This document shows, one piece after another, positions 9,144 to 17,548 of a DNA stretch of 64,000 nucleotides. The notes under the pieces were generated by a model, which saw only the letters and a list, made by a program, of their open reading frames with translations, ran no database searches and was not told the origin of the DNA. The stretch's first letter is position 1; every line of letters begins with the position of its first letter. The DNA lies in the IMG/VR virus record IMGVR_UViG_3300046543_000266, positions 1-64,000 of that record. One strand, 5' to 3'. Made by a program: the position numbers and the translations under genes.

Positions 9144-10052
9144 ATGGCAATCCGCAACGCAGCGAAGGGCACGAAGGCAGCAGCAGGTAAGGCTAAGGCA
9201 GCTCCGGCACGCAAGACGGCAGCTCCGGCTCGCGGTCGTGGTCGCGCAGCAGCTCCGGCTCCGGCGAAGCAAGGCCCGAAGGCTCGTGCAGCAGCGGCAG
9301 CAGCGAAGGCTGAAGCTCTGGCAGCGCGCAAGGCGAAGGCTCTGGCAGCGAAGAAGAAGGCAGCAGCTCCGAAGAAGCCGGTTCGTGGCGCGAAGGCCGC
9401 TCCGGTTCGTCAAGCTCGTGGCGCGAAGGCAGTGAAGGCAGTTGCTCAGCAAGCAGTCGGCACGCAAGTGTTCATCAAGATGGTCGTGACCACGCAAGCT
9501 GGCGGCAAGCCGACCGAAGCATCGTACTTCGGCGCACAAGGCCAGATCATCCCGCGTTCGACGGTCAAGGCAGTGGTCGGCAGCGTAATCTATCACGAAG
9601 TGCTGGTCCCGATGGGCACGGTCACCGAAGTGAAGGTGCAGAAGGGCATCACGATCTACATCACGGAAAACGGCCCGGTCATCGCGCTGGACCCGGCTTC
9701 GGTGTTCACCTCGTTCGGCGGCGCATCGGCAGTGATCGCCCCGGCTGGTGACGAAGACGAAGACGGCGTCGAAGGTGACGACGAAGAAGATGAAGACGAA
9801 GACGGCGTCGAAGGTGACGACGAGGACGAAGAGTCCGACGAAGAAGAAGACGAAGACGAAGAAGAAGACGAGGACGAAGAGTCAGACGACGGCGACGAAG
9901 AAGACGAAGAGTCGGACGACGGCGACGAAGAAGACGAAGACGAAGAAGAAGACGACGGCGACGAAGAAGACGAAGAAGAAGAAGACGACGGCGACGAAGA
10001 AGACGAAGACGACGGCGACGAAGAAGACGAAGACGAAGACGAACTGTTCTAA
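9144..10052 (+). CDS. basic K/A-rich N-terminus + small beta domain + ~100 aa Asp/Glu tail
   Basis: 302 aa; AAGGA SD; tail GDEDED...EDELF encoded 9747-10049. Confidence 0.85.
   Translation: MAIRNAAKGTKAAAGKAKAAPARKTAAPARGRGRAAAPAPAKQGPKARAAAAAAKAEALAARKAKALAAKKKAAAPKKPVRGAKAAPVRQARGAKAVKAVAQQAVGTQVFIKMVVTTQAGGKPTEASYFGAQGQIIPRSTVKAVVGSVIYHEVLVPMGTVTEVKVQKGITIYITENGPVIALDPASVFTSFGGASAVIAPAGDEDEDGVEGDDEEDEDEDGVEGDDEDEESDEEEDEDEEEDEDEESDDGDEEDEESDDGDEEDEDEEEDDGDEEDEEEEDDGDEEDEDDGDEEDEDEDELF
9747..10046 (+). repeat. low-complexity GAC/GAA coding repeat
   Basis: Imperfect repeats of GACGGCGACGAAGAAGACGAA encoding polyacidic tail. Confidence 0.9.
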
Positions 10053-10079
10053 TCTTCCGGCATCGGCGGTATAGGTCAG

Positions 10080-10111
10080 GGCTGGGAGCACACAAGGGCT
10101 CCCAGCCTTTT
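10080..10111 (+). terminator. Rho-independent terminator
   Basis: GGCTGGGAGC/GCTCCCAGCC stem + TTTT. Confidence 0.85.
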
Positions 10112-10146
10112 CAGCATTTGCTGGCTGCACACAACAGAGACGTCCC

Positions 10147-10449
10147 GTGGCAAAAGAGCATCTAGCACTTTACTCTAATGACTGTAAGCGATGCCGACAT
10201 CTGGACCCGTCCGAGGCCAGAGCCTTTGCGAAGTGTCACTACAGCAAGGGTAACAAGCATTGTCCAGCGCAAGATCTGGTCATTGTAGTCGTAGGCCAAG
10301 CGTACCGTTGGGCGAATCTGGTGATTGCTGCCCGCGAGAAACGTGACGCCGCGTCTGAAGCTCGCATCCTGGCGCAGGTGGCGAAGAAACCTGCATCGTT
10401 CCAAGAACGCTTTTATTCAGCAATCGAAAATCCGGCGGACATCCGATGA
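10147..10449 (+). CDS. Cys-rich hypothetical protein
   Basis: CKRCRH..C..HC pattern, 100 aa. Confidence 0.65.
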   Translation: MAKEHLALYSNDCKRCRHLDPSEARAFAKCHYSKGNKHCPAQDLVIVVVGQAYRWANLVIAAREKRDAASEARILAQVAKKPASFQERFYSAIENPADIR

Positions 10450-11192
10450 ACAAGGCGATACCAGCGGCTACGAAACCCGCATCTAACTCTCCCACCGTAA
10501 TCCGCTTGACGAAGATCAAGCAGTGGTGGCTCCCAGTCGACGCCGAGTCCTACTTGGCTTTGCGCGAGGCCGGTGTGCCACTCGTCCGCTTTCATGTGGA
10601 CTTCCTCCCAGCGCTATCCCTCATTACGAAGAAGCATCGCATCCGTGCGAAGGAAGTATCCTTCAAGGATGAAATCCTGACGCCGTTCCTCAATCTGGTC
10701 GGCACCACCTGGAACAAGAAGCAACACTGCCGGGCAACCATCGCCGCGCGGTCCATGAAGTTCGAGACCCTGAAGCCCGAGGTCTACACGAAAGCGAAAG
10801 AGAGCATCACGAAGCTCACCGACATCCTCGAGAAGTTCTTTGTTCGGTGGGGCTTCAAATACCAGTTCGAGTACAGCGAGTCGCGCGGTAAGTGTAAATT
10901 GAATGTGGAGTACTACTTCGACAGCACCAAGATGCCGGTCATTCCTCTGGAGACCCCGGTCACTGATCTGCCGAAGGTCCAACTGAAGATCGGCTTTACG
11001 CGCATCACGATGACGTTCGGCGACCGCTATGTGGATACGCTGATCGAAGTCAGTCAGGGTGGCAAGTTCACCCCGTTGCACTCAACGCGTTGCACGTACT
11101 CGCAGATATCCTCAGTCAAACCTATGATCGCGGCACTCATGCAGGTGCCCGATCATGACATTCACAACTTCGACAACTCGGCCACCCCATGA
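10446..11192 (+). CDS. hypothetical protein
   Basis: 248 aa ORF coupled (ATGA) to neighbours. Confidence 0.75.
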   Translation: MNKAIPAATKPASNSPTVIRLTKIKQWWLPVDAESYLALREAGVPLVRFHVDFLPALSLITKKHRIRAKEVSFKDEILTPFLNLVGTTWNKKQHCRATIAARSMKFETLKPEVYTKAKESITKLTDILEKFFVRWGFKYQFEYSESRGKCKLNVEYYFDSTKMPVIPLETPVTDLPKVQLKIGFTRITMTFGDRYVDTLIEVSQGGKFTPLHSTRCTYSQISSVKPMIAALMQVPDHDIHNFDNSATP

Positions 11193-13870
11193 TTATGGCT
11201 CTCGCCAAAAAGAAAGTCGCCGCTCCGACAAAGAAGGCGGCTTCGTATTCGAGCAAGGACATCACAACCTTGCGCTTCCCGGACAACGTCCGCTCGAACC
11301 CTTCGATGTATCTTGGGTCGGTGGACGCCGCTGGTGTGTGGCTCACGGCCCGGGAATTGCTGGACAACGCGCTGGATGAGCATCTGGCGCACCGTAACGA
11401 CGCAGTCATGCTGCACGTCGATAAGGACGGCTCCTATTGGGTGCTGGATCGTGGTCACGGCGTGCCGCAGGGTGTGAAGAAGTTCAGCGTGCACGTCAAC
11501 GGCAAGGACATCGAGACGAAGATGCCCACGATGCAAGCCGTCTTCGGTGAACTGCATACGTCGGGCAAGTATCGCTCGGATGCATACGCAACCTCGGTTG
11601 GTACGCACGGCATCGGCGCCAAGGGCACCAACGCAACCTCGGAGTTCTTCGAGGTCTTCACGTTCTACGAAGGCCAGTGGTTCACCATCGGCTTCAAGAA
11701 GGGCAAGCTGGTCAAGCACGTCGCGAAGTGCAGCGCCCCGAAGGGTCCCGACGGCAAGACTGTTACCAAGGGCACGGTCATCCACTTCAAGCCGGATCCC
11801 ACGATCTTCACCGTCAAGTCCTTCCCACCCTCGATGGTGATGGAATGGGCCGACGTGATGTCGCATCTGAATCCCGGCTTCGCAATCGTCGTATCCAGCC
11901 CCAAGGGCAAGAAGCAGTTCCTGTCGAAAATCGGCCCGGCCGGTTACGTCCAGCAGCGCATCGAGAAGTTGAAGACCGAAGCTGAACGCCTGATGTTCGA
12001 GTACAAGTCGGATCTGGCGGACGTCGTGGTGGCCTTCTCGAACTATGACGGCTGCGACGTGCGCGGTTTCACGAACGGCCTGAACAATGCTCAGGGCGGC
12101 AAACATCTGGACGCTGTGACCGGCGCACTGTACGCGGGCCTCAAGCCCTACATCAAAACCAAGCGCGTGGAAGGGAAGCCGGTTCCGGTGTTCCGCGAGG
12201 CTGACTTCAAGGAAGGCTTGGTTGGTCTTGTCAACGCCAAGCTCCACAAGGCCGAGTTCAGTTCGCAGGACAAGGCACGGCTGACTGATGCTCGTATGGG
12301 TGCGGCGTTCGAGAAAGAGCTCACGCTGGCAACCATCAAGTTCTTCAAGGACAACAAGGCACTGGCACTGCGTCTGTGTGCGCGGGCCACAAAGCTCAAC
12401 GAACTGAAGACCAAGTTCACGTTGTCGAAGAAGGCTGCGTCCACGCTCAACGCTATGAAGCGCAACGGTCTGCCCGCCAAGTACGCTGGATTCGACAGCA
12501 AGACGAAGACCGAAGACCGCGAACTGTTCATCGTCGAAGGGGATTCGGCAGGTGGTACGGTCAAGAAGGGTCGCTTCCCGTATCAGGCAGTGCTGCCCCT
12601 CAAGGGCAAGATCATGAACGCGTTGAAGGATGGCAAGGGCAAGACGCTGGAGTCGGAGGAAATCCTGAACATCCTGGCGGCTATCGGCTTCGACGTCAAG
12701 GCAGTCGACCCGTATGCCAAGCTCACGGTCGGCAAGATTGTGTGTCTGGCTGACCCGGATCCGGACGGCCCCTTCATCGGCGACACCCGCATCAACTTCC
12801 GCTACAATACGCACGGCACGACGCAGTCGGCCAGCATCGAGTGCCTCGCCAAGATGGCAGCTGATGGTACGGAGTTCGTGGTTCCGGTGTGGAACGGCCA
12901 AACCGAAGTGTGGGCCAGCGCCAGCGCTCGCCTCGAACGCAACGTCGAGCAACTGGTTGCTCTCGAGATCGGCAAGACGAAGTACAAGGTCAGCGTCGAT
13001 CACAAGTGGCTGTGTGTTAAAACCGATGCGCTGCGCGGCCGCGACGTGGGCGAACATGCAGACAACCTCGTGTTCGTCAGGGCGGCTGATCTGAAGGTAG
13101 GCGACCGGGTGTTCATGCCCGCAGCTAACAACACGCGGGACAAGTCTAGCTGCGACTACGCGACGAAGCTCGGGTTCGCCCCAGTCTCGAAGATGCGCAT
13201 CCAGCAGTTGGACCAGCCGGTTCCGGTGTACTGTCTGAGCGTGCCGAAGTATCACCACTTCATGCTGCCTTCGGGTATCGTGTCGAGCAACTGCCACATC
13301 AACTCGTTGCTGCTCACGCTGTTCTACCGCTATCTGCCTGAGCTGTTCAGCCGGGGCATGGTGTTCGTTGCCAACAGCCCGGAGTTCTACAGCATCCACA
13401 AGAATCAGCTGGTGACCGGCGAGTCGCTGTCGGCAATGGGCAAGAACCTGAAGCGCATCAAGGCACCGGCCAACACGCCGATCCATCACATCAAGGGTTG
13501 GGGAGAAATCGATGCTCCGCTGATGCGCATCTTGGCAATGGACCCGGCCACGCGGAAGCTCATCAAGATTGGCGCAATCGAGCACGACGACAAGGTTGAC
13601 TTCGAGCGGCTCATGAACGACGACGTTGCCTATCGCCGTGACATGTTGGGCTTGCCGTCCAATGCCGTCGGCGGTGACGTGGAGGAGGAAGGCACTCCGA
13701 AGTCCAAGGCCGCACGTAAAGTACCTGTGAACAAAGCGGTCGTCGCAGCCAAGAAAATTGCGACAGCCAACCGGAAGATCGTTCACCGTCGCGATGAAAT
13801 CGAAGCCAAGCGCATCGAGAAGCGACGTGGCCTCCGTCCGGTGGGCAAGACGTTGCGCAAAGCCGCATAA
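11189..13870 (+). CDS. gyrB: type IIA topoisomerase ATPase/Toprim subunit (GyrB/ParE-like), intein-containing
   Basis: ELLDNALDE, DRGHG, GTHGIGAKGTNA (GHKL); IVEGDSAGG, PLKGKIMN, DPDPDG (Toprim). Confidence 0.95.
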   Translation: MIMALAKKKVAAPTKKAASYSSKDITTLRFPDNVRSNPSMYLGSVDAAGVWLTARELLDNALDEHLAHRNDAVMLHVDKDGSYWVLDRGHGVPQGVKKFSVHVNGKDIETKMPTMQAVFGELHTSGKYRSDAYATSVGTHGIGAKGTNATSEFFEVFTFYEGQWFTIGFKKGKLVKHVAKCSAPKGPDGKTVTKGTVIHFKPDPTIFTVKSFPPSMVMEWADVMSHLNPGFAIVVSSPKGKKQFLSKIGPAGYVQQRIEKLKTEAERLMFEYKSDLADVVVAFSNYDGCDVRGFTNGLNNAQGGKHLDAVTGALYAGLKPYIKTKRVEGKPVPVFREADFKEGLVGLVNAKLHKAEFSSQDKARLTDARMGAAFEKELTLATIKFFKDNKALALRLCARATKLNELKTKFTLSKKAASTLNAMKRNGLPAKYAGFDSKTKTEDRELFIVEGDSAGGTVKKGRFPYQAVLPLKGKIMNALKDGKGKTLESEEILNILAAIGFDVKAVDPYAKLTVGKIVCLADPDPDGPFIGDTRINFRYNTHGTTQSASIECLAKMAADGTEFVVPVWNGQTEVWASASARLERNVEQLVALEIGKTKYKVSVDHKWLCVKTDALRGRDVGEHADNLVFVRAADLKVGDRVFMPAANNTRDKSSCDYATKLGFAPVSKMRIQQLDQPVPVYCLSVPKYHHFMLPSGIVSSNCHINSLLLTLFYRYLPELFSRGMVFVANSPEFYSIHKNQLVTGESLSAMGKNLKRIKAPANTPIHHIKGWGEIDAPLMRILAMDPATRKLIKIGAIEHDDKVDFERLMNDDVAYRRDMLGLPSNAVGGDVEEEGTPKSKAARKVPVNKAVVAAKKIATANRKIVHRRDEIEAKRIEKRRGLRPVGKTLRKAA
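12770..13291 (+). mobile_element. 174 aa mini-intein, class-3-like, Pro at position 1
   Basis: Inserted between DPDPDG and CHINSLLL; PFIGDT..SVDHKWL..VYCLSV..HHF..GIVSSN|C; no LAGLIDADG motifs. Confidence 0.85.
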
Positions 13871-13879
13871 GGAATCGAC

Positions 13880-15463
13880 ATGGTAATCAAAAGACGAGTA
13901 GCGAAGCCCGAAGCCGACGATATGGACTTCGACAAACCCGCACCGCGCACACGGGCTCCGGCCCGTCGTGGCAAAGCGCCGGTCAAGCGGGTTCTGAAGG
14001 GTACTGAGGACAAGCACGTCGATAACGAAAGCATCCGTAGCTTCGGCAAGCGCAACATGACCACGTATGCTGTGGCGGTCAACCTCGATCGCAGCGTGCC
14101 TGACATGTACGACGGGTGGAAGCCTGTGCATCGCCGCATCATCTGGGCGGCTTCCACTCAGGCTCGCGACCTAACCAAGACGGCGCGGGTCGTGGGCGAT
14201 ACGCTTGGCAAGTATCACCCCCACGGTGACCGCAGCGTGGCCGACGCCATCGAGACGATGGTCAACATGCCTACTGCTCCGCTTTTGGGCAAGGGCAATT
14301 GGGGATCGATGATCGACAGCGCGGCAGCCATGCGATACACCAACATGAAGCTGTCGGCGTATGGCCTCACGTTCCTGAACCCGCACTACATCCACTCGGA
14401 AGTCACGTCGTTCGTACCCAACTACGACGACAAGGACGTGGAGCCGGTCACGCTTCCGGCGCAGTTGCCGAACGTGCTGATCAACGGCTCCGAGGGTATC
14501 GGCGTTGGCATTACCACTGGCTTGCCGTCGTTCACGCCTGAGTCGATGATCAGTGTGCTGGAGAGCATGCTCAAGGGTGAGAAGCTGAAGGCCGTCGACT
14601 TCGCGAAGCGCCTGAAGTTCGCTCACAAGTGGGGCGGGCAGATCGTCCAGTCGAAGGAGAACCGCTTATCAATGATGGGCATCTTCAACGGCAGCGTCGG
14701 CACTGTACAGTTCGAGTCGGCCATCGAAGTGGATCGTGACCGCAAGAGCATGACCATCGGCGACTGGCCTCCAGGCACTAACCTCGAGAAGTTCGTGGCG
14801 CGTGTCCGGGCCATGCCTGAATGTCAGCGCTGCTATAACAGCGAAGGCGTCACCAACTTCACGATCGAGTGCAAGCCCGCCTACAACTATGTGCAGTTCG
14901 ACAAGTTCGTTGAGAAGGTTCAGGCGGCGACTCGGCAGAAGCGCAACTACAAGATCAACGTAACGCAGCGTGTCGCCAACGATAACGACGGCGTCATTAG
15001 CTTCGAGACCAAGTTCTTGGCGCTGTCGGTGCCTGAGCTGATCTTGCAGTGGTTGCGTATGCGCCTCCAGTTGGAACTGAAAAGTCTGACGTTCCGGATC
15101 AAGAAGCAGGAAGCAGCCATCGCCTACTCCGAGCTCCTGATCTACGCGTGCGACAAACTGGATCTGATCTTCAAGGCGATTCGTAGCAGCGACCCGAAAG
15201 CCGCGATGGTAAAGCTGCTGAAGATCACCGAGGAGCAAGCCAAGCAAATCCTGGAGTTGCGCTTGTCACAACTCACGCGCATGGATCAAAGCGCGATGAA
15301 GGAAAAGCTGGCCGAGCAACGCAGTCATCACAAGCAACTGCTCGTGTGGCAGAAGAAGCCTCGCAGCAAGGTGCTTCTCGATCTCGAAGATGTCCGAGCC
15401 GCAATCGACAAGGACCGGAAGTTCGAAAACACCAAGGAAGAGCAGTCGCTTACGGTGGTGTAA
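13880..15463 (+). CDS. gyrA: type IIA topoisomerase breakage-reunion subunit (GyrA/ParC-like), no CTD pinwheel
   Basis: DGWKPVHRRI, KTARVVGDTLGKYHPHGD, AAMRYT (Tyr 14336-14338); only 527 aa. Confidence 0.95.
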   Translation: MVIKRRVAKPEADDMDFDKPAPRTRAPARRGKAPVKRVLKGTEDKHVDNESIRSFGKRNMTTYAVAVNLDRSVPDMYDGWKPVHRRIIWAASTQARDLTKTARVVGDTLGKYHPHGDRSVADAIETMVNMPTAPLLGKGNWGSMIDSAAAMRYTNMKLSAYGLTFLNPHYIHSEVTSFVPNYDDKDVEPVTLPAQLPNVLINGSEGIGVGITTGLPSFTPESMISVLESMLKGEKLKAVDFAKRLKFAHKWGGQIVQSKENRLSMMGIFNGSVGTVQFESAIEVDRDRKSMTIGDWPPGTNLEKFVARVRAMPECQRCYNSEGVTNFTIECKPAYNYVQFDKFVEKVQAATRQKRNYKINVTQRVANDNDGVISFETKFLALSVPELILQWLRMRLQLELKSLTFRIKKQEAAIAYSELLIYACDKLDLIFKAIRSSDPKAAMVKLLKITEEQAKQILELRLSQLTRMDQSAMKEKLAEQRSHHKQLLVWQKKPRSKVLLDLEDVRAAIDKDRKFENTKEEQSLTVV

Positions 15464-15492
15464 CCGCCTCGCGTCACTGCCGGGTTTTCGGT

Positions 15493-15535
15493 GTTGCAAA
15501 AACGCAACAGAGCGGTTCGCGCGGTGTGGTACAAT
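15493..15535 (+). promoter_or_regulatory. palindrome + extended -10 promoter
   Basis: GTTGCAAAAACGCAAC 15493-15508, 21 nt, then TGgTACAAT (15530-15535); ACGTGC/GCACGT hairpin follows. Confidence 0.75.
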
Positions 15536-15666
15536 ATGGTACGTGCCGCGCGCACGTCGTGCAGGGTTTTGGCCGGTTTTACCCGCACGGTGCAAAAGCA
15601 CAAAATCGGCAAGTAGGTCTACCCGCTCGCGGGTTCGTAGTTCATCCAAACCACAGGAGCAGCACA

Positions 15667-16038
15667 ATGCCAGCACTCGCACACTTCCAGGTAGCGAAAA
15701 CCGTCTACGATCTGGTAGACAAACGTACCAAGGCGGGAGATCCGCCAAACCGTCGGGAGCTCATGGCTGAACTCCGCCCCGTACTCAGTCTTCTGGGCCG
15801 GGCGGAATCTACCGCGCAGCAAATGCTCGATGTTCTCATGCGCATCGGCGCAATCGAGCGCGACGTCAGCCGGTACTATCAGACGGTGCGGGAAATCGAT
15901 CTCGCGAAGTTTGCGACTGCAGTCGATCGCAACAACAAACGGCGCAAGATGCTGATCTCGTATCAGGAACTCCCGGTTCCGGCCGGTGCCGCCGAGTGGG
16001 TCGAAGAATCCGACTTCGCGGAATCGACGGCTCTGTAA
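15667..16038 (+). CDS. hypothetical, possible winged-helix DNA-binding protein
   Basis: AGGAG SD; PPNRRELMAEL..AQQMLDVLMRIGAIER pattern (weak). Confidence 0.6.
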   Translation: MPALAHFQVAKTVYDLVDKRTKAGDPPNRRELMAELRPVLSLLGRAESTAQQMLDVLMRIGAIERDVSRYYQTVREIDLAKFATAVDRNNKRRKMLISYQELPVPAGAAEWVEESDFAESTAL

Positions 16039-16116
16039 CAACCCACGCATCACACGGGCTTCGCCGGGCTCCCGCATCCAACGTCCGGCACATTCCACAA
16101 CAGGAAACGTATCATC

Positions 16117-17397
16117 ATGGCTAAGGCACAAATCGCAGCATCCTCCAAGTCCAACGCAGCAGCAGCCAAGAAGGCGACGGCGAAGAAAGCATTCGCAGCC
16201 AAGAAGGTAGCGCCGAAGGCAAAAGTCGGCGCATCGGCCCGCAGTGGTAACGCAAAGCGTGGTGCCGAGCAGCGCGTCAAGGTAAGCCAGGATGCTGTGA
16301 AGGCATTCGCGTTCCCGACTCGCAAGTCGATGAAAGCGCTCGCCAAGACTCTGACTGTCGGCACTGTGGTTGGTGAAAAGGGTGGTCAGGAGCGCGTCGG
16401 TATGGTCCACGCTGTACCGGGAAGCGGCTCCACGATCCCGACAGGCACGGTCGGCGTCATCTGGGACGAGGGCAAAGGCGTGGAAGTCTACGCGGTCGGA
16501 ATGCTGGAAGTCGTGAAGAACCCGAGCAAGCTCCTGAAGGCGGATATCGGCACCGCCATCGAACAGAACCGCGAGTACGCGAAGCTCGCCAAGAAGTACA
16601 CACTCGGTGCCGAAGTGCAAGAGCTTCAGGAACCCAAGCGTCACGGCATCGTGCAAGCGGTCGCGGCGAAAGGCAGTGGTTACGTGACTGTGCAGTTCGG
16701 TATCGCAGTCGAGGCCAAGCATGTAGGCGACCTCAAGCTGTTGGGCCAGCATCAAGCGCTTCTGGCCCCGACGACTTCGGCTCCGGTTGTCCACACCGCA
16801 TGGGAAGTCGGCACCCGCGTTGAGCATCCGACACACGGATTGGGTGTCGTGGCTATCAGCGCAGAAGGTATGCCCGACGACGTCGCCACCGTCCACTTCG
16901 ATGACGGTGATCAAGTGGCGAAGGAAATCGCAGCCAGCGAACTGAAAGTGATCAACGATACGTTTGCAGTTGGCGAGATCGTCGAGCACGCGGAACACGG
17001 TATGGGTCGCATCGAGACGCTGCATCCCAACGCCACTACCGCAGCGGTTCGTTTCCTGGACGCTGACGTGGTTGTTACGCGCAAGCTCAGCGAATTGCAT
17101 TCGCTCAAGGACGCAGAGATCACCATCGAGCGCGCCGCCGATGCCGCAGTCACGCCGGTCTCGAAGGTCAAGCGCGTCCGCTTCGATGAGCTCGGGCTGT
17201 TCGAAGCGTTCGTCCACGAAGACCGCACGCATGTCAAGGTCGGCAACACTAGCGCGCTCCGCGTTGTCGTCGCCGGAATCACGAGCGAGCCGTTCGCAAT
17301 GCTGGCAACCCAGGAATCGAAACTGGTGAAGGATGCCAAGGTGCGCTTCCGTCTGAAAGACAAGGTCGCCCGTTACGCAGTTCACGCCGCGCAGTAA
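16117..17397 (+). CDS. K/A-rich tail + tandem SH3/Tudor-like repeat protein
   Basis: Repeats VGTRVEHPTHGLGVV..ATVHF and VGEIVEHAEHGMGRI..AVRF, plus two weaker copies. Confidence 0.75.
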   Translation: MAKAQIAASSKSNAAAAKKATAKKAFAAKKVAPKAKVGASARSGNAKRGAEQRVKVSQDAVKAFAFPTRKSMKALAKTLTVGTVVGEKGGQERVGMVHAVPGSGSTIPTGTVGVIWDEGKGVEVYAVGMLEVVKNPSKLLKADIGTAIEQNREYAKLAKKYTLGAEVQELQEPKRHGIVQAVAAKGSGYVTVQFGIAVEAKHVGDLKLLGQHQALLAPTTSAPVVHTAWEVGTRVEHPTHGLGVVAISAEGMPDDVATVHFDDGDQVAKEIAASELKVINDTFAVGEIVEHAEHGMGRIETLHPNATTAAVRFLDADVVVTRKLSELHSLKDAEITIERAADAAVTPVSKVKRVRFDELGLFEAFVHEDRTHVKVGNTSALRVVVAGITSEPFAMLATQESKLVKDAKVRFRLKDKVARYAVHAAQ

Positions 17398-17466
17398 ATA
17401 GCAGGTAAGTCGGGGCGGGTGTGTTCTGCCCGTTCCCGCAATCAGTAATTTGAAGTTCCACTCTCG

Positions 17467-17475
17467 TAGTAAATA
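17467..17475 (+). promoter_or_regulatory. TAGTAAATA box
   Basis: Exact motif upstream of 17549; variant CAGTAAATA at 17392-17400. Confidence 0.65.
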
Positions 17476-17548
17476 AACGGTGTGCCACAAACCACACAGC
17501 ACAACGTCTTCTGTATTATCAACCTTTCCCAATCAAGGAATACAAATC

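Noticed and set aside
9747-10046. Repeat tract as a possible CRISPR array or satellite
   Set aside because: No constant repeat with unique spacers; in-frame coding low complexity.
9748-10074. K/T-rich +1-frame ORF that would turn the acidic tail basic by frameshifting
   Set aside because: Automatic consequence of GAC/GAA repeats; no SD and no slippery site seen.
11162-14131. 989 aa minus-strand ORF
   Set aside because: Antisense shadow of gyrB/gyrA caused by strong codon bias; no motifs, SD or promoter.
13880-15463. Supercoiling DNA gyrase as the functional call
   Set aside because: No CTD or GyrA box; the gene symbol denotes family only.
15619-17532. 637 aa minus-strand ORF (also 7923..9119, 18412..19758, 59261..60250 and others)
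   Set aside because: Each lies opposite a well-supported + strand gene and has no recognisable domain.
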